From a virus: a DNA stretch of 64,000 nucleotides. The notes below the pieces were generated by a model. That model worked only from the letters and a program-made list of their open reading frames with translations, made no database searches and was not told where the DNA came from. The stretch is taken from IMG/VR virus record IMGVR_UViG_3300044641_005643; one strand, written 5' to 3'. The position numbers were made by a program, and so were the translations under genes. Positions 47,780-55,973 of the stretch are shown here, piece by piece. Each line of letters begins with the position of its first letter. Position 1 is the stretch's first letter.

Positions 47780-47901
47780 GGATTGTTAAAGATTGTACTT
47801 TCGTCTTTGCTATTTGTAGGCATTGGTTGCGGATCATTTATTATTTTGTAAATTTCTTTGCTATCTTTAAAAAAAGTTGCATGACTGAATGGAAAAATCA
47901 T
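47773..47901 (-). CDS. 42-aa peptide MIFPFSHATFFKDSKEIYKIINDPQPMPTNSKDESTIFNNPC (below ORF-track cutoff)
   Basis: Translated by hand; its ATG overlaps the rnh TGA and its end overlaps the radical SAM ATG. Confidence 0.4.
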   Translation of the reverse strand: MIFPFSHATFFKDSKEIYKIINDPQPMPTNSKDESTIFNNPC

Positions 47902-48887
47902 CCTGGATACTCCGCGCCTAAAAATTCACTAAAACTTGAACTTTGCTCACTTAGTCTATTCAGCTCGTATTTGCCACAGAACTTCAAGAACTGTGCGCCT
48001 ACCATTGGACGACTCTTCTTAACAGCACCTGCTGTTATAGTTTCTGCAATCTTAGACTTAATCTCTGGCGGTTGTGCAGTAAGATCCACTAGTACTCGAT
48101 TGCGTTCATAGTCATCTAGCACTCGATGTTCCACACCGTTGTGATCGGTCCATCTTTGAAGCATAAGGTTATTCCAAGCATATCCTTTTTTATGTTTGTC
48201 AGCAAAAGCTTCAGTGAGACCAATTTTGTTCTTGGAGCCCTTGGTCCTGACACCCGGATATGCGCTAAAGATATTATCTGTTGGATCTCCGCGCATACAC
48301 TTCTCAAACAAGATCCATTGCGGATCAGGTATCACTTTGGGTTCTTTGGTTTTCTTATCAATGACCAGTTTGCCTTTTTTGTCTAAAATACCTGCCAGCG
48401 TGTGTAGTTCGTCACTAACACCGTTGTATTGCTCGACATTCGGCGCCAATAGCTGGTAGAAATCGGTGTCGGAAGATATAATAACGTGATGGTCATTGGG
48501 GTGTGCGTGTATGAATCCTGCAATAAGATCATCTGCTTCAAGCTCTGGATGTTGAAGAACTGTGCAATTAGTCTTTTCTGACAGGAACGTTTTAAGGTTA
48601 TCAAACGCTTCCCAAAAAAGTCGGTCCTCCTCCTGCTCGGCTTCAGTGAGGGCTGCACGAGCAACTGCACGATTCTTTTTGTACGGCTCATAGAAATCTT
48701 TTCGCCAACTTCGTCCCTCCAAACAGAATACCACATGATCGGCTTTCTGATCCCGCCAAGCCTTATTAACCGAACCGAGGGTAACATGGATAGCGAATCC
48801 TAATCTATCCCATGTGTCCGATTGACGGTGGGCCGAATGACGAGCACGAAAGAATGTGTTTGCAGTATCTACAATTAAATATCTCAT
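47898..48887 (-). CDS. rnh: T4-type RNase H / 5'-3' flap exonuclease
   Basis: LIVD, SWRK..Y..YK.NR, EADD, SSDTDF.QL, GD.TDNI. Confidence 0.88.
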   Translation of the reverse strand: MRYLIVDTANTFFRARHSAHRQSDTWDRLGFAIHVTLGSVNKAWRDQKADHVVFCLEGRSWRKDFYEPYKKNRAVARAALTEAEQEEDRLFWEAFDNLKTFLSEKTNCTVLQHPELEADDLIAGFIHAHPNDHHVIISSDTDFYQLLAPNVEQYNGVSDELHTLAGILDKKGKLVIDKKTKEPKVIPDPQWILFEKCMRGDPTDNIFSAYPGVRTKGSKNKIGLTEAFADKHKKGYAWNNLMLQRWTDHNGVEHRVLDDYERNRVLVDLTAQPPEIKSKIAETITAGAVKKSRPMVGAQFLKFCGKYELNRLSEQSSSFSEFLGAEYPG

Positions 48888-48893
48888 ACATTA

Positions 48894-48922
48894 ATAGTAG
48901 CATATTATAATAACCTGGTCAA
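48894..48922 (-). promoter_or_regulatory. Sigma70-type promoter for rnh (probably leaderless)
   Basis: TTGACC-17 nt-TACTAT with TGn; ATG 6 nt downstream; no SD. Confidence 0.6.
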
Positions 48923-49585
48923 GCGTGGTAAAAGAAATTCTGCCCATTTTCTATGCGCATCTGCTCTAAAATGGTAAGATTGATTTGATTCAAATCCCCG
49001 GTCCGACAGCCATTTATAATATGTCATGTCCGGATCGTATGGGTCTATGTATGAGTCATGCCATTTCAAAGGGTCTTGATTGCGGAAATCATTGTAGGTA
49101 TTAAAGAACAAATGCGGTATTTTTAAATCAGATAATTCAGTGTGTAGTTCGTGTATTTGGTTGTGTGCTAGCTTGGTAGCTTTGTTCCAATCCAAATTAG
49201 CAACATAATGTGTATATTTTTCTTTGATTGAATCGGGCCAGTCCGATCCAACACCACCTGCATTGACTTGCCAATATGCACCATCATGTAACCATTCTTC
49301 TCGTTCCCAGGTACTCCAACCAATTATGATGACATCTGGTTTGTTATTTTTTATGTATTCTCGTGTGGTTCTAATAATTCTTGAATTTGAACTAGCAGAT
49401 TCTGCATCACAATGTAATATGGCAAATAGTTCATTGGCTATATTACAACCATAGCTGGCTCGTTCATTGTCTGGATGGGGAATACGACCCAGGCTATAGA
49501 AAAATGGATCGTCTTCGGCAAAACAGTAGTCATTTACTGCTTCGGCTCCGGCACTATGGCTATCACCATTCACGTAGAGAATCAT
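48905..49585 (-). CDS. SGNH/GDSL-like protein
   Basis: NGDSH, SSN.RI, IGWS, C-terminal H...AH..WA. Confidence 0.6.
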   Translation of the reverse strand: MILYVNGDSHSAGAEAVNDYCFAEDDPFFYSLGRIPHPDNERASYGCNIANELFAILHCDAESASSNSRIIRTTREYIKNNKPDVIIIGWSTWEREEWLHDGAYWQVNAGGVGSDWPDSIKEKYTHYVANLDWNKATKLAHNQIHELHTELSDLKIPHLFFNTYNDFRNQDPLKWHDSYIDPYDPDMTYYKWLSDRGFESNQSYHFRADAHRKWAEFLLPRLTRLL

Positions 49586-49980
49586 GAGATCTCGGTACGC
49601 CCATTCCCTAAATCATTTCTATCTACCCGTCTTGGTCTTGCATCATATGGTTGATTGGCTTCCCATTGTTCAAAGTTTTCGTTTAGGATATTGCGACAAA
49701 TACTTTGAAACCAACGATCCACAATCTGATCATCGGTGTCGTCTTTGCGTTGCATGTAACCGGCCTTGACCAGTCTAGCAACAAATACGTCATTCCAATC
49801 TAGTTCAAATGACCCATTACCAATATCGTCAGGATCCAGTTCCACACTTAAAATACTGATATATGGCTCGCCTGCTTCGGTAGCAATCTCTTTGGCTGTT
49901 TTTGCTTTGGTTTTGACTTTTGGTGCTTCTGATTTTGCTTCAGGTTTTGCTTCTGGTCGTTTCTTTAACCAATCGAACAT
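49582..49980 (-). CDS. Hypothetical protein
   Basis: ATG at 49980 coupled to the queE stop; FELDWN motif. Confidence 0.6.
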   Translation of the reverse strand: MFDWLKKRPEAKPEAKSEAPKVKTKAKTAKEIATEAGEPYISILSVELDPDDIGNGSFELDWNDVFVARLVKAGYMQRKDDTDDQIVDRWFQSICRNILNENFEQWEANQPYDARPRRVDRNDLGNGRTEIS

Positions 49981-50828
49981 TATGTCCCCCATTCGTTCTT
50001 GAACAACGGTACTTGTAATCTATCACTATATCTTAATCCATGTTTCATTGCTAGTAGTGCAACTGCTCTATTGTTTAGCGAATATATACTTTCTACCCCA
50101 CCAACCGGCATCAGATATACGGATCCTCTAAATCCAGCATCTCTATATACTTTGACTGCTTTTAATGCATCAGCAACATCTTCTTCGGTAGCAACAACAA
50201 ATTTCAAGTATGTGTGGCCAACAGTTTGGTATCGATAAACAACGTCAGGACGTATGGCTTCTGACCATGTCTCACCACTAGCTGGCAGCTTGGCACTCAC
50301 ACTAAATGTAACTTCACGGCTTAAATTCAAGCCCGGCATTTGCCATTCCATTAGATATTCAACAAATTCTTCAGATAATTCTTGTGTGCCGTTAGTTTCA
50401 AAAGTAATTTCTTTTAGCTTGCGCATACGTGGATGATTCAACAAATCTGGATAAGCACGTTGCCAACCTAGCAATGGTTCTCCTCCGGTGATAACAAGAT
50501 GCTCATCTCGCCATTTGCCATGAGGCAGTATCTCCATGATACGATCCACAACTGCATTACTTGTTAGTACAGGACTAAGATCTTTAAATCTAGGATCCCA
50601 TGATGCATAACTGTCACATCCAGTTGATACTAAAGGCAGTTGTTCATACTTGGTATATTTGTCAGGATCTACACTGTCAGCTTCTTTACTTAGCTGGCCT
50701 CTAGGCATGCCAAAACCAGCACATTTAAAGTTACAGCCAAATGTACGCAGGAACACACTAGGTACCCCCATATATCTGCCTTCGCCTTGTATTGAATAAA
50801 ACAGTTCTGCTACTTTGATTTTACTCAT
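49980..50828 (-). CDS. queE: 7-carboxy-7-deazaguanine synthase (radical SAM)
   Basis: ELFYSIQGEG...G.PSVFLRT.GCNFKC...CDS, ITGGEP, ETNG, S.K, R.Q; adjacent to queD. Confidence 0.9.
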   Translation of the reverse strand: MSKIKVAELFYSIQGEGRYMGVPSVFLRTFGCNFKCAGFGMPRGQLSKEADSVDPDKYTKYEQLPLVSTGCDSYASWDPRFKDLSPVLTSNAVVDRIMEILPHGKWRDEHLVITGGEPLLGWQRAYPDLLNHPRMRKLKEITFETNGTQELSEEFVEYLMEWQMPGLNLSREVTFSVSAKLPASGETWSEAIRPDVVYRYQTVGHTYLKFVVATEEDVADALKAVKVYRDAGFRGSVYLMPVGGVESIYSLNNRAVALLAMKHGLRYSDRLQVPLFKNEWGT

Positions 50829-51343
50829 ACAAACAAGTCCTCATTCCATTCACGATGACCTTCACGAAATGCCATATTGCTTTGAGTTTCGCGTACTTCT
50901 ACTCGATAGCACCACAAACGTTCTGCTTCGCTCGGACCCCACATGTCAGGAATATACACTCCATTAACATATTTGTACAACATGTCTGCCAGTCCTTCAC
51001 AACCCAGTCTTGGTAATACAGTGAGCTTGGCCAACTTTTTTTCTTGTAACAGTTTAAAAGTTTCAAGTTCGGGATCGTCTTGTGCTACCAGCAAGGTATG
51101 GTCAAATTGGTCTTCTAGTATAGATTTAAGTTCTTTGAGACCACCATAGTCAGCGGCCCAGTTACGTACATCTAAATGATCTGTGCCAAAGAAAAACTTC
51201 ATACTAAATGAATAGCCATGAATTAGATTGCAGTGACTGTCGGCTCGCCATTGTCTATACGCACACGGAAATGCGTCATGGTATTCTTTCGTAGAAGTAT
51301 ATTTGTAAGTGCGTGGTTGTTGTATTTCGTTAAGATAAAGCAT
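50825..51343 (-). CDS. queD: 6-carboxy-5,6,7,8-tetrahydropterin synthase
   Basis: C.LIHGYS, DYG.LK, FDH, E.LA, V.ET motifs. Confidence 0.88.
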   Translation of the reverse strand: MLYLNEIQQPRTYKYTSTKEYHDAFPCAYRQWRADSHCNLIHGYSFSMKFFFGTDHLDVRNWAADYGGLKELKSILEDQFDHTLLVAQDDPELETFKLLQEKKLAKLTVLPRLGCEGLADMLYKYVNGVYIPDMWGPSEAERLWCYRVEVRETQSNMAFREGHREWNEDLFV

Positions 51344-51440
51344 TTTATTCTCCTATGTTAAGATTTTAGCATAGGCTTGCAGAATTTGTAAAGCGGGATG
51401 AATGCCAAGAAAGGCCGCTGTGTAGAATTGTATTTATACT
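51344..51440 (-). promoter_or_regulatory. Perfect T4 late promoter (TATAAATA, 51431-51438) plus structured 5' leader of queD-queE
   Basis: Hairpin agcgg/ccgct (51392-51419) and hairpin cctatg/catagg (51352-51375) covering the AGGAG SD. Confidence 0.6.
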
Positions 51441-51441
51441 G

Positions 51442-51990
51442 TTAGTTTTGCCACCAATTTTCCCAAGGGAAAACCACCCAACAGGGATCATCCAGTTTGT
51501 TGATGTTATGACTGCTATAGTCAATATTTTTAAAATTGCTAGATTCATTATTAATTAATACAGCAAATCTTACATTACGATTCCAGATGCCATCCCAGGC
51601 ATAATGCTGTGGCAGGCAACTGCTAGTCCAGTCTTTTTTGATCCACTCTAGTGTGGCACCTGAATCGTTAATGTCATCCACAATCAGAATATTTTTTCGA
51701 TAGGCAGGATCGGTATCAGCATCGCCTGAACCACGCTGATTTTTTGGGACATATCCAAATGCATGTTCGGCCATCCATAGATTACTTTCCGACTCACCGC
51801 CATCTCTCAAACTTACCTTGAGTGTTTCGCAAGGTACATTTAAGTAATGGCTAATCATTGTGGCAGCAGTCAAACCGCCTCTTGTGATACCTACAACATA
51901 GTCTGGGCGCCACTTGCTGTTAGTTATATCTCTACATAGAGTATTGACCATACCTTTTAGTTCTCTATTTGATATCACAAGCTGTTTCAT
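51442..51990 (-). CDS. Type I phosphoribosyltransferase (xanthine-guanine PRT-like)
   Basis: VGITRGGL, ILIVDDINDSGAT PRPP-binding loop, WVVFPWE. Confidence 0.88.
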   Translation of the reverse strand: MKQLVISNRELKGMVNTLCRDITNSKWRPDYVVGITRGGLTAATMISHYLNVPCETLKVSLRDGGESESNLWMAEHAFGYVPKNQRGSGDADTDPAYRKNILIVDDINDSGATLEWIKKDWTSSCLPQHYAWDGIWNRNVRFAVLINNESSNFKNIDYSSHNINKLDDPCWVVFPWENWWQN

Positions 51991-52259
51991 CAGTCCCTCT
52001 CCATGTCAGCAGCTTCTTTGATTAGACTGATCAATTGATCCATGTCTTTGCAAAGAATTTTAGCTGTTGCCCAATCTCCGTTGTCGTCGCGCCCGCTGAT
52101 TTCTAACATAAACCCATTGTCATACATATAGACACTAAAGTTGTCATTGACTTTTTCGATTTTTTCATTCAGTTTCATTGTAGATTCTCCATTAAATTTT
52201 GCATTGTTGAGGTTTTTATTTTGAGACGGCCAAGCTGCTAATGGTTTAGTCTTACTCAT
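51990..52259 (-). CDS. Hypothetical protein
   Basis: 89-aa ORF (YDNGFM.E..GR motif). Confidence 0.55.
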   Translation of the reverse strand: MSKTKPLAAWPSQNKNLNNAKFNGESTMKLNEKIEKVNDNFSVYMYDNGFMLEISGRDDNGDWATAKILCKDMDQLISLIKEAADMERD

Positions 52260-52265
52260 TTCCCG

Positions 52266-52493
52266 TTATTTCAATCCTTTCTTTTTCTTTGATTCTTCAA
52301 TACCTGCTGCAATCATTTTTTTGAAAATTAATGTTACTCGGCCTTTTTCCTGTTCGGTAAGGTATTTTACTAACATTAGTTTATCGTCGTAGCTGTTGGC
52401 TCCTTTTAAAAACTCCTCTGGTACTGCCAATTTGGGTTTCTTTGGTTTGTACTTTTTTAAATTGGCTTTTACATCGTCGTTGTTGTCTGACAT
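52266..52493 (-). CDS. Hypothetical protein
   Basis: 75-aa Lys-rich ORF. Confidence 0.55.
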   Translation of the reverse strand: MSDNNDDVKANLKKYKPKKPKLAVPEEFLKGANSYDDKLMLVKYLTEQEKGRVTLIFKKMIAAGIEESKKKKGLK

Positions 52494-52499
52494 TACGTG

Positions 52500-53177
52500 T
52501 TATTCTTTCCGATCTCCAAACAAGTGAAGCAAACTTAGAAACAAATTAATAAAATCTAAGTAAAGGGTAAGAGCACCCATGGCTTCAATTGCAGGACCAT
52601 CAGATTCCATCAACTGTTCTCTTATCTTTTGAGTATCATATGCTGTTAGGCCTAAAAAGATTACAACTGCTGCGGCACTAATTATGGTTTGAAGTAGAGA
52701 TGATCCTATAAAGATATTTACGATGCTTGTGATAATAATAGCGATTAGAGCCACAATCAAGTACTTTCCTAGGCTATCTAAACTTTGTTTGGTAAAATAA
52801 CCATACACACTCATGGTAGCAAATAGAATTGCTGCGCCAAAAAAAGCACTGACAATGCTGGCTGAAGTATATACAACAAAGATTGTGGCAAAACTTAACC
52901 CCATTAAGGCCGCAAAACCGTGAAGGCACAACTGCGCCACTGACTTACTGGGATTGTTTCCTAAAACGTATCCCACAGCAAATATAGCCGCTAGCGGAGC
53001 AAACAACACAATCCATTTGACAATTCCTGTAAATAGAAACGCCATTACGGCTGCATTAGATGATACCAAATAACTTACCACCATACTGGTGATTACCGCT
53101 AACGCCATGTTATTATAAACACGAATCATGGCATCATTGATTTCTGAGGCTGTTTTATAAGGTAAAGCGTATTCCAT
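52500..53177 (-). CDS. Bax inhibitor-1/YccA family membrane protein
   Basis: About 7 hydrophobic segments; AYDTQKI and GAL.LYLDFINLF; ATG at 53177 with AGGAG SD. Confidence 0.9.
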   Translation of the reverse strand: MEYALPYKTASEINDAMIRVYNNMALAVITSMVVSYLVSSNAAVMAFLFTGIVKWIVLFAPLAAIFAVGYVLGNNPSKSVAQLCLHGFAALMGLSFATIFVVYTSASIVSAFFGAAILFATMSVYGYFTKQSLDSLGKYLIVALIAIIITSIVNIFIGSSLLQTIISAAAVVIFLGLTAYDTQKIREQLMESDGPAIEAMGALTLYLDFINLFLSLLHLFGDRKE

Positions 53178-53187
53178 TTTAATCTCC

Positions 53188-53883
53188 TTATCTTGGTGCA
53201 AACTCTTGTTGCAGTTTGATGTTATCAAAAAATTCTTTCTTGACACTAGGGTCATCTTTGAACACACCTTTTAGAACTGTGGTCTGGGTGAGACTACTGT
53301 GTGCCATAATGCCGCGATTCTCGCAGCAACCGTGGGTGGCCTGAATGTATACAGCCACGTCTTTACTTCCAGTTGCAAATTCGATTTCTCTTGCAATGTC
53401 CATACAAAGCTCTTCCTGCAGAGTGCCTCTCCGGGCACACCACTGGGCGATTCTTGTATACTTTGAGAGACCAATGAGTTTGGGACCAGCAATAATCCCA
53501 ATATAAGCCACGCCAGTAACAGGCTGGTGATGATGGCTGCACACGCTTTTGAGCTCGCTTCGTACGACCAACATACCTTCGTATTTTCCATCAGTGTCAT
53601 TTGGAAATGCAGTTGCATTTGGAGTCGGTTCATATCTACCTGCCATCAATTCATTGTAATACATTTTGGCAAGACGCCGGGCTGTGCCTTGGCTGTTGGG
53701 ATCTGTAACTCTGTCAATAAGCAAAGTATCCAGCACTTGTTCAAATGCTTCAGTTGCTTCATCGATTAGCAAATCCTTGTCTGCATCATCAACATAACTG
53801 CTGATATTGTCTCCGGCCCAATATCTTTTGCCGTTTGCTTGCATTTGTTGTCTAATGCGATCACTTACTCGTGTGTATTTCAT
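53188..53883 (-). CDS. folE: GTP cyclohydrolase I
   Basis: T.RR.AKM, S.CSHH, GLSK..R, R..LQE, H.C...RG. Confidence 0.93.
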   Translation of the reverse strand: MKYTRVSDRIRQQMQANGKRYWAGDNISSYVDDADKDLLIDEATEAFEQVLDTLLIDRVTDPNSQGTARRLAKMYYNELMAGRYEPTPNATAFPNDTDGKYEGMLVVRSELKSVCSHHHQPVTGVAYIGIIAGPKLIGLSKYTRIAQWCARRGTLQEELCMDIAREIEFATGSKDVAVYIQATHGCCENRGIMAHSSLTQTTVLKGVFKDDPSVKKEFFDNIKLQQEFAPR

Positions 53884-53903
53884 AATCACCTAAATAAAAA
53901 TTA

Positions 53904-54437
53904 TTATACTAAAAATCCAGAAACTTGTAAAGTATATTTTACTTCCATTCCTGCATTGGTGCTCAAATGCAACACATTCGAATCCCAGATAAAACCGTCT
54001 CCTGCTTGCCAATTTACACTAGTTGTATATCCGTTATTCTCTTGATATTGAATAAATTGCCCAATTTTATAATCTTCCAGGTATATATTTGCTCTTACTT
54101 TTAACTCTGTTCTGTTAGGAAATCTTTTCGAAATCTGATAAAAAGTATCGCGATGCAAAGGAACAGTGCATCCTGGCGGTTGCATTATTGTACTTACTGT
54201 CACTACTTCAATTCCTAATTGATTGCCTAATTGTTTATAATCACACTGGGATTCATCCCACCATAATTGGTGTATTTTTGTGTTTTCAAAAACATATGAT
54301 TGAGGAAATCCTCCGTACTGTTCATGTATATCTGTTAATTCATAAACTTGATGTTTAATGCAACTACTACAATTTTGTGAATAATCTGCCTGTAAAAATT
54401 GGGTAAAATCATAATCAATATGTATTTTTTTAAGCAT
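53904..54437 (-). CDS. 2OG-Fe(II)/cupin dioxygenase-like protein
   Basis: PLHRD...H..TNAG...KYTLQ (HxD...H); paralog of 57001..57525. Confidence 0.6.
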   Translation of the reverse strand: MLKKIHIDYDFTQFLQADYSQNCSSCIKHQVYELTDIHEQYGGFPQSYVFENTKIHQLWWDESQCDYKQLGNQLGIEVVTVSTIMQPPGCTVPLHRDTFYQISKRFPNRTELKVRANIYLEDYKIGQFIQYQENNGYTTSVNWQAGDGFIWDSNVLHLSTNAGMEVKYTLQVSGFLV

Positions 54438-55002
54438 TATTTTGCCTTGTGATATTGTTTGTAAAGTTATTTAGATGGGTTAACACTTGTTCTTTATTAA
54501 CCTCCCCAATTTTTTTCACAGGTGTTCCGCCATAAATTACCCACGGATCCAAATCTTGATTGACCAGACTATGAGCACCAATTCTTGTGCCTGTATTAAT
54601 AGTAATACCCGGTAGAACTGTAGATTTAGTTCCTAAAATAACATGTTCTTTCAAAGTAATATCACCATATTCCAAACCTTGTTCTACATTGTTATTATGC
54701 ACTATATGAAGTCCTGTTTGAAAATTATGGGTACCGCACATAAGAGTGCTATTACTACAAATGCAACTGTAAGGACCAACTGTTATTTTATTGTTTTGTC
54801 CGCCCATTAACACACTACCTGCTTCAATGGCACTGTGTTCATTTAAAATCAAACCTGTAGAGATAAAACAAAAATCATCAATTATAGTATTGTCGTGTAG
54901 TTCTACCAGTTCTGGAAAACGTATTCTAACAGTTTTACCAATTATAACATTCTTACCGATAAATTTTAATTTTTTTATATCAAAAAAGATATTATCATTC
55001 AC
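54430..55002 (-). CDS. Hexapeptide-repeat sugar acyltransferase
   Basis: IGKNVIIG repeats, VILG..STVLPGITI..GTRIGA.SLV..D, GTP.K. Confidence 0.85.
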   Translation of the reverse strand: MNDNIFFDIKKLKFIGKNVIIGKTVRIRFPELVELHDNTIIDDFCFISTGLILNEHSAIEAGSVLMGGQNNKITVGPYSCICSNSTLMCGTHNFQTGLHIVHNNNVEQGLEYGDITLKEHVILGTKSTVLPGITINTGTRIGAHSLVNQDLDPWVIYGGTPVKKIGEVNKEQVLTHLNNFTNNITRQNNA

Positions 55003-55615
55003 GTATTTTTATCTTTCTGCAGTCTGGATAATTGTATAATGAATCAACCTGTTCAACAAATTCATCATTAAGTAATTTATTCAAGCCTACAACACATTCT
55101 TCTGGCTTCAAATAATAATGGTATCCTATATCAAACTCCTGTTGCGTAGCCCAGTCGCGATATTTAAAAATGTCTCTACCGTCGTAGCGCATTCTACTTG
55201 CTTTTTCATATAAATTTTTGTCATCTGTTAATATACAACCGCCTTTACCAATTTCCAAAGGTTTAGTACGACCAAAACTAATGCATTGAATAGAATTTTC
55301 TACATACATATTTTTTTGAAAGTATCTTGCACAATCCCAAATATTACTGCCTTGAAAAACGTAATAATTTTTCCAATCTAGATCTAGCAAATCATAGGGA
55401 ATATTTAGTTTATGCATTATTTGTAAAACACTCAAATATGTTCTACACGGAAAACTAATTTTGTTATTTTGATAAGTTAATCGAAATGAAATTTCAATTG
55501 CATGAGTACAGCAATCAGTTGTAACAGCATAAGGAGCACCTGTAAATTCAGCTATTTCATGCTCAAATTCTAAAATAGCATCGAAAGCATTGTTATAGTC
55601 ATTTAATGTTTTCAT
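54995..55615 (-). CDS. DegT/DnrJ/EryC1-family PLP aminotransferase, short form
   Basis: FE..IAEF.GA.YAV....CT.A, D.A, SF..TKPL..G.GG; about 206 aa from the ATG at 55615. Confidence 0.75.
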   Translation of the reverse strand: MKTLNDYNNAFDAILEFEHEIAEFTGAPYAVTTDCCTHAIEISFRLTYQNNKISFPCRTYLSVLQIMHKLNIPYDLLDLDWKNYYVFQGSNIWDCARYFQKNMYVENSIQCISFGRTKPLEIGKGGCILTDDKNLYEKASRMRYDGRDIFKYRDWATQQEFDIGYHYYLKPEECVVGLNKLLNDEFVEQVDSLYNYPDCRKIKIRE

Positions 55616-55619
55616 TAAA

Positions 55620-55973
55620 TTATTCTGATAGGTGATCTTTTTTAATTTCTTTGACTGAACAATGCAAGATATCTGCAATTGTGTTCTTGATATCTATTCT
55701 AGTGTTATTTAAATTTCTAATTTGGATCGCTCTTGATCCAATTTCTTCTAGTGAAAGATTTGATTCATTGCCTGATTTAAGTTCAGCTTCAAGATTCCAA
55801 ATGGCTATATGTATGCTATACAGTTTTTCAAATTCTTTATCAATCAATTCCCATTGAAATTTTTCAACAGCAGTTGAATAAAAATTATATTCTTGATAAT
55901 TGGCTCCGTTAGTTTTACCATATTTTAGTTTTGCAATTGCATATCTATCTATAAGTTCTATAACCGGAAACAT
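55620..55973 (-). CDS. Hypothetical helical protein
   Basis: ELIDR..I..LK...IW.LE...N..R...KN motif. Confidence 0.6.
   Translation of the reverse strand: MFPVIELIDRYAIAKLKYGKTNGANYQEYNFYSTAVEKFQWELIDKEFEKLYSIHIAIWNLEAELKSGNESNLSLEEIGSRAIQIRNLNNTRIDIKNTIADILHCSVKEIKKDHLSE

Noticed and set aside
51344-51430. Canonical preQ1-I riboswitch
   Set aside because: No A-rich 3' tail or loop consensus that I can match; kept only as an unclassified structured leader.
53903-53931. TTTACA-17-TATAAT promoter upstream of folE
   Set aside because: The spacing is right, but it lies in very AT-rich coding sequence where such matches arise by chance; not listed as a feature.
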